Assembly: GCA_002269645.1 (NCBI GenBank)
Contig: NIVC01001003.1
Location: 124,001 to 188,000, forward strand
Source of the DNA: Macrostomum lignano
Lineage: Eukaryota
Length of the DNA stretch: 64,000 bases
Direction: 5' to 3'
Shown here: positions 25,745 to 35,875 of the stretch, in pieces
Numbering within the stretch: position 1 is the first letter of the stretch
Layout: the number at the start of each line of letters is the position of its first letter
The notes under the pieces: model-generated
Told to the model about the DNA's origin: nothing
What the model saw: only the letters and a program-made list of their open reading frames with translations
Database searches by the model: none
Translations under genes and position numbers: made by a program

Positions 25745-26298
25745 GGTGGTTAGGTGGGCGCCCCTGTCTTTTAGGTGGTTAGGTGGGCGCCCCTGTCTCT
25801 TAGGTGGTTAGGTGGGCGCCCCTGTCTCTTAGGTGGTTAGGTGGGAGCCCCTGTCTCTTAGGTGGTTAGGTGGGAGCCCCTGTCTCTTAGGTGGTTAGGT
25901 GGGCGCCCCTGTCTCTTAGGTGGTTAGGTGGGCGCCCCTGTCTTTTAGGTGGTTAGGTGGGCGACCCTGTCTCTTAGGTGGTTAGGTGGGCGCCCCTGTC
26001 TCTTAGGTGGTTAGGTGGGCGCCCCTGTCTCTTAGGTGGTTAGGTGGGCGCCCCTGTCTCTTAGGTGGCTAGGTGGGCGCCCCTGTCTCTTAGGTGGTTA
26101 GATGGGCGCCCCTGTCTCTTAGGTGGTTAGGTGGGCGCCCCTGTCTCTTAGGTGGTTAGGTGGGAGCCCCTGTCTCTTAGGTGGGCGCCTCTGTCTCTTA
26201 AGTGGGCGGCCCTGTCTCTTAGGTGGGCGCCCCTGTCCCTTAGGTGGGCGCCCCTGTCTCTTAGGTTGGCGCCCCTGTCTCTTAGGTGGGCGCCCCTA
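25745..26298. repeat. 29-bp minisatellite (GGTGGTTAGGTGGGCGCCCCTGTCTCTTA) switching to a 21-bp truncated unit at the 3' end
   Basis: Direct periodicity. Confidence 0.95.
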
Positions 26299-27005
26299 CT
26301 CCCGTATTCCAGTCTGGTGGATGCCACGCCCAAGAGGGGACAAAACTTTGAGCTGCTGTCTTTCATCGAGCTGGGTTACCTGGTTTTTGGCGAAGTGCAA
26401 TTTTACTGGGGGCGATTGGGAAGGGGGCACGGCCCCCTTTTTTGTCTTGTTGACGCGCTAGAATGCTTAGTTTGCAATTCCTCAACTAATCATTTATTAT
26501 AGCTTCCTGGCCAATGTGAGCAAAATTGTCATTACCTGATTAAGCGCTACCATTTTTAACCCACAGTCAGTAAGAATTGTCATTAGTACAACAGCATTTA
26601 TAGGCTTAGTCTGATCCTATACATTTTTTCACTCGCAGTAATCCATTTTGTCTCATCAGTCAGTCAACAGCAAGAGGAGATTATTGATAAGTTTTTTTCT
26701 ACATGCGTGCATTAGCTCTGCGGGTGGTGCTGATACGAGTAACTGACGCTAATGGAAGCAGCTTGTTACACCATTGTGCTCCGTCTCATTCCGAGAGAAG
26801 AAAGAACGTTCCATGATTTTTGCTAGCTGCCTCACATGACAAAGTTTTTTTATTCCAGACTTTTCAAGCATTTTACATACTACTATCTAGCAAAACAAGT
26901 AGACAGTTTCGATGCGTGAATTGAAATTTAGAAGAAATCAGTCTTGCATATAGTATCAGAGTCGAGACTTGATTCCATTGGTTGGTTACTCAGTCGACTG
27001 GCGTC

Positions 27006-27012
27006 TATAAAG
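27006..27012 (+). promoter_or_regulatory. Candidate TATA box of the lectin gene
   Basis: TATAAAG ~80 nt upstream of ATG 27090. Confidence 0.45.
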
Positions 27013-27089
27013 CGATGATAGCTCACTCAAACCAAGCTACCCCAAGCCCAGAACGTTTGTGGTCCCTACTCAGTTAATCAGCTGATAAG

Positions 27090-27851
27090 ATGAAGCTGCT
27101 CAGCTTCCTGATTGTCGCTCTGTCGCAGACTCCTCTGATCTGCAGCAGCAAATGCAGAGTTCAGTTCCATGCTGTCACGGCTCTCAACTGTGTGAGAAGC
27201 GAGTTCGTGCGAACTCACCCGGAGGTCACCACCCTCAAGACGTGCTCGATGCTCTGCGCCAATGTCGCGCACTGCCAGGCGTTCAGCATGTCCGACGGTC
27301 CGTGCCAGCTGTTCGTGTTTCACAGGTGCAGCAAGAACGTGAGAGACTGCAGCTGCAATCGCACAGCGCAGCTGTTTGTGAGGCAGCAGCCGGGACTGCC
27401 GATGGGAGCCCTGTGTCCTGCTGGCTACGCTGACGACCTGTGCGGCACCAAGTACAAGTTCATGAGCTGTGCGGGAAACTGGACCAGGTGCAAGGAGATG
27501 TGCGACGCGGAGGCTGGACTCGTCATCATGGCCGAGCTGAGTGATGCAGCGGCGCGAGACAAAGTCGGAAAGCTGGCGGCCGAGCAACTGGATGGTGTGG
27601 CGGCCGTCAACACAGTTTACGTGGGAGGCTGGCAGCTGCCGGGCAGCTCGGAGCCGTCAGGAGGCTGGCAGTGGGCCAGCTGCGGTCTCAACATCTCGGC
27701 TGCACTGTGGAGCAGCGGAGAGCCGAACAACCATGAAGGTGTGGAAGATAGAGCTGGGGTCTACCTTAACGGACTCTTGCTTGACCTGCCCACTGACAAC
27801 TATGTGTACTCAGGCGGAGGCTACTGCCAGTGCGTGTCACCGTTTGACTGA
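27090..27851 (+). CDS. Secreted PAN/apple + C-type lectin domain protein (intronless, 253 aa)
   Basis: Signal peptide MKLLSFLIVALSQTPLICSS; PAN-like CSMLCANVAHCQAFS...CQL; CTLD with CPAGY, W..C..MC, VYVGG, WQW, LWSSGEPNN. Confidence 0.88.
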   Translation: MKLLSFLIVALSQTPLICSSKCRVQFHAVTALNCVRSEFVRTHPEVTTLKTCSMLCANVAHCQAFSMSDGPCQLFVFHRCSKNVRDCSCNRTAQLFVRQQPGLPMGALCPAGYADDLCGTKYKFMSCAGNWTRCKEMCDAEAGLVIMAELSDAAARDKVGKLAAEQLDGVAAVNTVYVGGWQLPGSSEPSGGWQWASCGLNISAALWSSGEPNNHEGVEDRAGVYLNGLLLDLPTDNYVYSGGGYCQCVSPFD

Positions 27852-28840
27852 GTCGCAAAACATGGCAAAACTGCGAAAAATATTGCTTGGTTATGATAAT
27901 AATTCTTATTTTTCGTCGAATATTTTTTCGATATTGTTTATTGTCAATTGCAGTAGCAGTTTCTGAGCCTGCCATACAACAACAGCACCCCGATGTCATA
28001 AACTTTTTTTATCTTCTTGCCTAGTCAAGAGGCATCATCTATGCTGGTGGAGTTTAAATTTTGAGAATAATAAAGCCTTTAATAAAGTTGTAAATTTTTC
28101 ATGGCCATGTTGCAATAGAAAAGGCAAGCCCGGTACTAAACTCTGCACAAGCGGATTGAGCGTTTTAGTGATAAAATTTTGCATTCCGTGTATAGGGGAG
28201 ATTTTACGTGTCGCTCCGACATGGACAAGGCTTGCTACGTTTACGAGGCTACTTGTAATATATTATTCTCAAAGTCTCTGTTGTTTTGCGTCGAGTATTG
28301 TGCTGTTGAATATCTACAGTATACTGGTTTAAGCAAGGACCACTAGAAACACAACGGTAACTTCTAGTGGTTCTTGTGTTTAGAGGCTTGGGTACTTACC
28401 TAGACAGTTCAAGGTTTGGGTAATCAGTAATCACCTAGATAGGTTCATTGGTAAAACAGTTAAGCATTTTACAAATCTGGAGTAAGAACGCAAGGCATTG
28501 AAGCGGAAACATTTATGCAGTGCAAAAAAGTACTTCAACTCCTTAATGACGTTTCGAGGTAGCGTGGCTTGTGTACTTTTACATGTCTAAATGTACACGT
28601 ACATGTATAATGATAGAGTTTTGCGATATTTACTACAAAAAGTTGACACTGTGAGCAAAAGGATGCACACCTGTATGCATTGAGATGGTTTTTCAGCAGT
28701 TCAGTAATCTAGAACTATTAGCTACTCTACGTGTAGGCAGATGCGATGGCTTACTGTGAGTAGGATGAGTAGCGTACGAATATTTGAGATCTTCCAATCT
28801 CATTATCGGTACTATACAAAAAGAATAGCTTAGCTCTGCA

Positions 28841-29145
28841 TTAAGCCTTTCCCCGCCGCCTGTTTCTAATATAGTAATTATAGTAGTCTCCTCGGTCGGC
28901 CAGGGTGCCTTCCAGCCGGACGAGCAGCTGGCACAGATAGTGATGTCCGCCCGACTGCCGACGGCCGCGTCGACCGCGTCGACCACGCCTGCTGGCAGTT
29001 TGATGGCAGTTGGCCGGCTTGAACCAGCGATTGCGGAAGACAAAAGCGCAGTTGCCGGCTCTGCTGGATCTCGGCCACCAGGGCTGGTAGGCCACCGGCT
29101 GACCACTGGGCTGAAGCCAAGCCCCGCTGCTGGCTCGGTGTAGCC
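28841..29145 (-). CDS. FREM1: FREM1-like exon 9 (C-type lectin, second half, basic tail with RGD)
   Basis: ctcag|GG CTA gives WIGLHR; GNCAFV..WFKPANC..HHYLCQ; stop at 28841. Confidence 0.85.
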
Positions 29146-29740
29146 CTGAGATCAATTGAATGGCCCTGGGCATTTACTGTTACCGAACTATCGTTAACAA
29201 AGAATTTTTTAATAGAAGTAAAAATAGTTTTTAAGAACTATGGATAAATTTTGTTAGTTGAAACCATCTTCGTTTTCTTATCTTTTGTTTATCACTTACT
29301 TTATATGCTACTTTCCAAATTATAATATTTTTCAACTATTATATTTGTCAGTTTTCAATAGAATTTTGCCAAAAATTGATTGTAAAAATTACAAACCGTA
29401 AATTCAAAACTCGCAACAATCATAAACGACATTGACAAGTTTTCCCAGTTTTCGTACCCAAACAAAATTTTTTTCTTTAAAAAAGAAAAAAGTCTTTTGT
29501 CAGTACCAGTTTTCTCTGTATGCTAACTTAAACGATTGATAATCTTCACAGCCTCTGACCAAATGCAACAATTGATTTTGCGATAAAAACGATTTTTTCC
29601 TATCCACGCAGTTTATTTTTTACTCGGAAATTGGCCTCCAAAAGTTACACGATCTTTGAGTTTAACGTTCCGTTATACTGCAGTGGTCCTTGGTACTGTG
29701 TGCTATTTAAATACTTCAGACATTCAAGCACAGGCCTCAC

Positions 29741-29914
29741 CAATCCAATAGCGTTTCCGACTGCGCAGATGCTGTTTGATCCAGCGCAGCTCTTTGTAGC
29801 TACGGATTTCGGCCAGTCTGGCGCCAAATTTTGAGCACTCGGTCCTGGCCTCGCTTCCGGTTAGGCGGTTACGGAAATATTTCACGCAGGAGACGCCTGA
29901 CATTGCCGTCCAGC
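29741..29914 (-). CDS. FREM1: FREM1-like exon 8 (C-type lectin, first half)
   Basis: GWTAMSGVSCVKYF...EARTECSKFGARLAEI...RYWI G|GTGAGG. Confidence 0.87.
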
Positions 29915-30729
29915 CTGTTGGGAAGATTAGAGGAAGAAAAGAGGAGCTTTTGCCAAAGTGCTCACAACCATTCAGCGAAAATTTATTTATTATGAGAGCC
30001 CTCAACAATAAGCTTGCCAGCCTCCCAGTTTATGGGTTCTCCCAGCCGCAATATAATCAACAAGCGGCCGGTACACTCTACTGCTCTCAGCTGCAACCCA
30101 GCGCTACAGTATTTACAATTTGCAGTATATTTACAGTATTTTTTACAATCGGCAGACGATGTATTTTATTGAAACGAACTGGCCAGGTACCAACAAAACA
30201 CTGGCACTCTCTACCTCATTACTTTTGTAATTAAGCCCTATAAAGAAAAAGTGAGAAACGCATAAAGCAGGGGGGAGCCACCACCGCCAACCCCTCAGCG
30301 TGCGGCTAATTGCGTGCTATTTGCTTTGTAAGTCTGTCGCTCTCTTCTGCCCTTCCCGCAGGCTATGCCGATGAATTGAGTGTCGTTGCTTTTTAACGAT
30401 GCAATTTGAACCAAAACTGAAGAATTGAATGCCGAAAAATGAAGCCGAAGACAGGCTTCTTGCTTTTTCAGTTAGTTAGTCGCACTTGCCCCCCCCCCCC
30501 TGATATAGCGCGCCTCGTGCCAATGCAGTTCCACACTGCAAGGCAAGCTCCCCATTCATGTCGATGCTGTTTATTTTACGAGATGAAATGCCAATTCAAG
30601 CATAGTTACTTTCTACACAAATTTTTGTTTACTTATCGCACATCAAGCTATCGCCAGACTAGCCAAGCTATGAAGCCAAGTTCGGAAGAAGTTTAATTAA
30701 GAAAGGTTGATTGGTGGAGAGAGCCTTAC

Positions 30730-30907
30730 CAGCCGGACAAGAGATCGGCTTGTCTCTATACCGCTGCTGGACCTCCGGACTGCCGCCCGTCTGACTCGCT
30801 AGCACACTCTCAAGCGTGACCCATAGAGCTCCGTTGCAGATGTACTTTCTCCCACTGCCGGGATCCGATCGCTGCTCGCCGCTCAGGTAGATTGTGCAGC
30901 GTGGAAA
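30730..30907 (-). CDS. FREM1: FREM1-like exon 7 (pre-lectin Cys motif)
   Basis: CTIYLSG...RKYICNGALW resembles the vertebrate FREM1 C-x-G...YQCNGIAW segment (recalled); G|GTAAGG donor gives CPAG. Confidence 0.82.
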
Positions 30908-30985
30908 CTGCATGTGCAAGGTTTACCAATACGATGGTGCTTTAGTAAGTCATCCAAGTTTACATGAAGACTAAAATAGACTTAC

Positions 30986-31189
30986 CCCTCTGCTATCTTT
31001 GTAGTTGCCTCGAAGTTCCTCTTCGTGTAACCGTTTCAGCTCTTCACCCGATGGCACGAGAACTTCCGACCTTTCCAGTGAGCCACCGTTCGCAGCCACC
31101 GTCGGCACCACTGGTCGTTTAACTGGAAGCGGCTTGACTGGTTTGGGCGGCCGCGGCTGACCGAGCGGCTCCTGTGGCTGATCGCTGAG
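30986..31189 (-). CDS. FREM1: FREM1-like exon 6 (Pro-rich linker)
   Basis: aacag|CTC ... GGG|GTAAGT; 68 codons, no stop. Confidence 0.78.
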
Positions 31190-31276
31190 CTGTTAAAATA
31201 ATTAACTCTCTGTGGTTTATGTTAAGGTTTAAAAGAACACATTTTTGGGAATCATTTTTGGTAAGTCAACGCCCAC

Positions 31277-31545
31277 CTGTCTGTTCCTGGCAAAGTACTG
31301 CAGGTAGTGTCTGAACAGCGCCATATCATTTGATCTTGACGGCTCAAAACGATCGCTAGAGATGCCGCAGCCGTCATCCATTCTTTTGCGCCTTCGGCTG
31401 TTGGGATTCAGCAGAACCACAACGGTGCTGGAGTTTCTGCCGACCAGACAGTTGCCCGGCGACACAAGGCTGATGCGCAGCTTGGCGCGCTTGGTGTCGT
31501 TGCTTCGTTGGGCAATATGGATTTTGATCTGAGCTGCTCTCTCGC
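31277..31545 (-). CDS. FREM1: FREM1-like exon 5 (Calx-beta end, RRRKR furin-like site)
   Basis: atag|GC acceptor; GERAAQIKIHI...LRISLVSPGNCLVGRNSSTVVVLLNPNSRRRKR; CAG|GTGGGC donor; phases consistent. Confidence 0.82.
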
Positions 31546-31931
31546 CTATGCGTTCCGAATGAAAAATGGAGATGTGTGTGTTTGTTAGACTTCTCTTGCG
31601 CAGACCTACGTCATGCCTAGATAGTTGCTTCTCTTAAGGACAGTTTTTCGGTCCCGGTCACGACTCATTTAAAGCGAATCTGATTCCGAGTGTGAATTGT
31701 AAGTCTGTCCTCTCTTCACTTTGTTGCGCAGGATCATGCATACATATTAGGTCTTTCGTTGGGAAACAGCAGAAAATTCTAAAAGTCTCGTAATTTTGAT
31801 ACAATAAAAAAATCGTTTGCGTATAATTCGTATAATTACGAGCTAGTTCCAACTAAAATTAATTCTAAATATTTGTTTTTTGAGTACTTTCGTTTCACTT
31901 TCCAGCATCTTTACATCATGCAGAAACTAAC

Positions 31932-34159
31932 CCGGATTGAAGTTGAGTATGCTGCCGGAGATTAAGGAGAAGTGGGCTCGGTCGTCTGGGCTGCCAGGTG
32001 ACGTTTCAAAGCGTACGAAAGCAGGCCGATTCAGGGCTCCTTTGCGAAAGACGTCTAGCTTGAGGGTGCCCGAGCTGAGACAGCGGATCCGATATCGACG
32101 CTGTTCGAACCCCACTACTGACCAGGTCAGGTGGACTCGCTTTCTGTCTGACACTTGTCGGCCATCTCGACCGTTGCTAGCAACAATTTCGAATGCGTCT
32201 TCGATCTCATCTGAACTGCGACGGGGATTATTGAAACGGTATGTCAGACGACCGGAGTTAATGTCAGTCTGTGCGAACCCAACAGCACCAGGCGAATCTC
32301 CCAGCCAAAGATGCCCGAGGGCTGGCTGGGCGGCGACGCGGAACACCGCCGTTTGTGGCACAGCCAGGATTGACCGGTTGTCAAACCGGAAGCCGGCTCC
32401 GCTGGCGCTGAATCCTGCCAACTCGCTGGGACATGCCGCGCGCAGAATTGTCACATTACTGTCGTCACCACTGTTGGAAGGCGATCTAACAACGATGCTA
32501 AACGTATGGGTTCGATCGGTCGCCTGTCGCATTACTGCCGGGTCGTCGATTACAAATAGGAAACTATCTCGACCGCTTGGTGAAACATTGGTGCTTCGAT
32601 ATTCCACCATGCTGGAATTCAAATCGGTTTGGCTGAAGGTGTCGTCAGGTCCGAGGCCGACGGATCTGGAGCGCACCAATATGCCATGCTTGGGCAAAGA
32701 AATCAAACGGTAGTGCGGTTCTGGACGGGTGGTAACAGCACTGCGCCCGGTCGTCATCAATAAATTTTCTGGTCCTATGTTGGCCGCCGAATGAGCCGCG
32801 AGAGACAATGGAACCGATTTCAGAAGCCGAGGAGGTGGCACAGATGGAGACAGGGGTAGAAGTCGAACGAACCAGCTGCTGGAAGCTACTTGGTTGTCCC
32901 AAGCAGCATTGAGTTGTATCAAAATGTCAACCGGTTCGCTACAGCAACTAGCATTAAACACTATAAGCCCAGTCGCTATGTCTGATGCTAGCAACTCCGT
33001 CGCCACAGCCGACGAATTTTGTTCGCCTTTCTTACAGAGCTTCCAGCAACTGCCATTCGGACGAATCGCCTGAAGACTGGCTGAAGGAGGCTGCGTACCA
33101 AATACGCGAACCTTGACATCAGTCTCCGCTATGCTGACAGTTGATCCAACCTCTAATTCAGTCGGGTTCGTTATCAACTGAAGCGGAGAATGTGGACTTG
33201 AAGAACTAGGCAGAACTTGAATTTCCAAGCGAGCCAACGAAGCCGAGAATTTTCCATCTTCTGGGACGAACTGAGCTTGCTCAACAGAAACTCCTGAGTT
33301 ACCTTCCTCTAAGTTGCCAGTGAGAGGTGGCACATGGACAAACAGTCGGTTGAGTTGCACATCCCGTTGCGTGATTTTCTCGCCGAGCCTAAGCGGTGTC
33401 AAATTCAAGCGGGTGTGCCGCGACCAACTCAGCAATGTCGAAGCCACAAGCAGTTGAGCTCTGCTAGGAAGCTGTACAAGCGATAGTGTCAAGTTATCCT
33501 TTGGCGTATCTCGATCTCTAATTAGCAAGTGGCGCTCGGTTACGGGCACTGTCTCTCCTGGTCTTAGTTGCAGTCTGTCTGTTGGCTCTACTAGCCTAGG
33601 CGGTAAATCGTTGGTTGTAATGATGGAGATGCGGCATTTTCGGACTACACGATACACTGGGTCCCTGGCCTCGATAACAAAGCTATCAGAAAGTGAGGTC
33701 ACGTCCTGATCCTGCTTATAAACCAGGCTCATGTTTCCTGCAAGTTCGCTCATGGTGAAGTCACGATTTGCATTCAAAGTCACCTGCTCAGCGGTTTCTG
33801 TGCTCAGCCAATGACGGTACAGCGTGCCAATTTCCGGCAGGTCGACGATCTTCAGTTTAATATCTTCTTCGGGTTTGTCGGCGTCGCTCACAGACAGAAT
33901 CAAAGTGTCGAGGATGCGTGTTTCACCTTTTTGAATTGAGAAATCAGACAGGAAAAGACACGGTGGCTCATCTGTCACGGGGTAGATAACAACCCTGACG
34001 GGCACAGAAGTAGAGTCTCGGCGACCATCAGATGCGCGAATTCCAAATGTGTCATTGGTGTGCTCAACGCCGCAATGCTGCGTATGAACGAAGAAAACGT
34101 GGCCGTCTGTTAGCTGCCGTTTGGTGAACTCGAGCACCGTAGTCTCGCTCCCGCTATGG
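31932..34159 (-). CDS. FREM1: FREM1-like exon 4 (CSPG repeats + Calx-beta start)
   Basis: Intact ORF 31927..34194; repeated FSQTDL/FAQTDI..GRLTY motifs; VVGFEQRRY Calx-beta start; G|GTTAGT donor, phase 1. Confidence 0.92.
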
Positions 34160-34238
34160 CTGTAAATTATTTTAGAGCGCAAATTAAGAACCATTGATCA
34201 ATATGAAAGAAAGGAATACGAGATAAAGTTAATCTTAC

Positions 34239-34948
34239 GGCTGCTTCAATCGGATTTCCCCGTATCGGGTGGCTGCGACACAGATAGCTGCAGATCTTCC
34301 GCCGGCGTGTCTGGATCAGTCGCTCGGATCAGGTTGCCAGTAAGTACCGAGCGGCCGCCCTCCGGTACCAGCAGGTGAATGCCCTCGGACACCATGGGTC
34401 CCTTGTTGTCCACAGGCAGAATCGATATGTTCAAGCTGTGCGTTAGCCATTCGCCGTTGTTATATATGTACAGTTGACAAGTGTCCGTCACCGAATCGGG
34501 ACCGATTTCCCCGCCTGTGTGTTGGTAGATAACCCGGCCAGAGCTGAGATCTTCGTGACTAAACTGACTGACGCTGCTAGTCGAAATGGTGCCCCCAGCC
34601 AGGGCAATTTCACCGCGGGTTGGATGTGTCCCAACCAGGTAAGCTGTTGATCCGACGCTGACGCGACCTTGTATAGCCCTTGGCAGCATTTCAGGCGACA
34701 AGCGAACTTGACCACCTTCCGGTACGAGCACCGTGTTGTTGACGAACCCGGCCACAGTTTCGCTGGTCTCCTCCAGTTGCGGCTGCTCCTGTTCTCGTTG
34801 ATGCTGAGATGGGGCATTTTGTACTGGCATTGGCTCCAGTGGCTCGCTGACGTTGATGCTAATAGTACAGTTTGGACCGAAATTTTTGCCATCAGTTGCT
34901 TGCACGGAGAAGGAATCTTGACTCACAGTTGAACCGTTATGTCGATAC
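34239..34948 (-). CDS. FREM1: FREM1-like exon 3 (CSPG repeats), one apparent -1 frameshift at GGGG 34258-34261
   Basis: ctcag|G TAT CGA CAT (YRHNGSTVSQDSFSVQATDG); FSHEDLSSGRVIYQHTGGEIG; DPDTPAEDL. The CC|GTAAGA donor matches the next acceptor phase only if one G is restored. Confidence 0.85.
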
Positions 34949-35875
34949 CTGAGATTGAAGCAATGGCAAGTTGAGTGCTGCTTAAGTTTTGCTTAGATTT
35001 TATTATTGAGACCGGCATCTGACGGACAAGAAGCAGACAGCTAATTATTTCTGGATTTTTATGGTCGGAAAGAAAACAGAAGAGCCAAGCACTTGGTGCA
35101 GTGGATCCTAATTTAGCATCACATAGTTACGCAACCACTCAATAAAGGTTTGAGTATTTTTATCGCTGCTTGGCATCAAATTCTTAGGTTTGCTCCTTAG
35201 CAAGGCGCACATGCTATTTCTGCTGTGAATCGTTTTTTGCCTTCCTCATAATTTAGTTGCTCGACAGTAGCTGACCCAACTGGGCAAACAGGGTCAGCTT
35301 CGCTTAGACTTGAGTCTGCCAGCAGTCCACGCCCCTCCCACGATATTATTTGAGCCATACCAGATTGAGCTTGAGTAATTCTGAGTGTGTTTGCGCACCA
35401 TTGAGTGTGCCTGGCTCAAGTGGTCCCTACTCAAGTGGTCTATAGCGACCGCTTTCATATTTTCTTTCCCACTGTCTACAAGCCTCATGAGGCTTGAGGA
35501 GACGTACTTGGCTCATGACAGCAGGTGATCTCTTCTGCCACTCGTCTTACCTCGAATACTTCATTTTTGGGGCGGGCAATCCGAGAGGCAACTGGAGAAT
35601 AGCGAAAGAAATATTCAAGCCAATGAAATTCAGCTACTTGGCAAGCAGTGAAAGGAAAGCGCACGCAAAGGCTTGCAGAATTGCTGGGAAACTAGAGAGA
35701 CGTAGGAGACGATGAGTTTTTAATTCTATGCTGTTGTTTCGGCATAACGGTCTCGCTTGAACTAGCATGGTGCGTTTGTTTCGAATTAAGCAATGACTCA
35801 ATTCCATGTCTTGGTCTTTTATTAAAAATGATCAAACTACCATTAAATTTGTTTTCAACCATGCACAGTACTTAC

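Noticed and set aside
29724-30008. Stand-alone C-type lectin gene
   Set aside because: Splice phases link it upstream and downstream into the FREM1-like gene.
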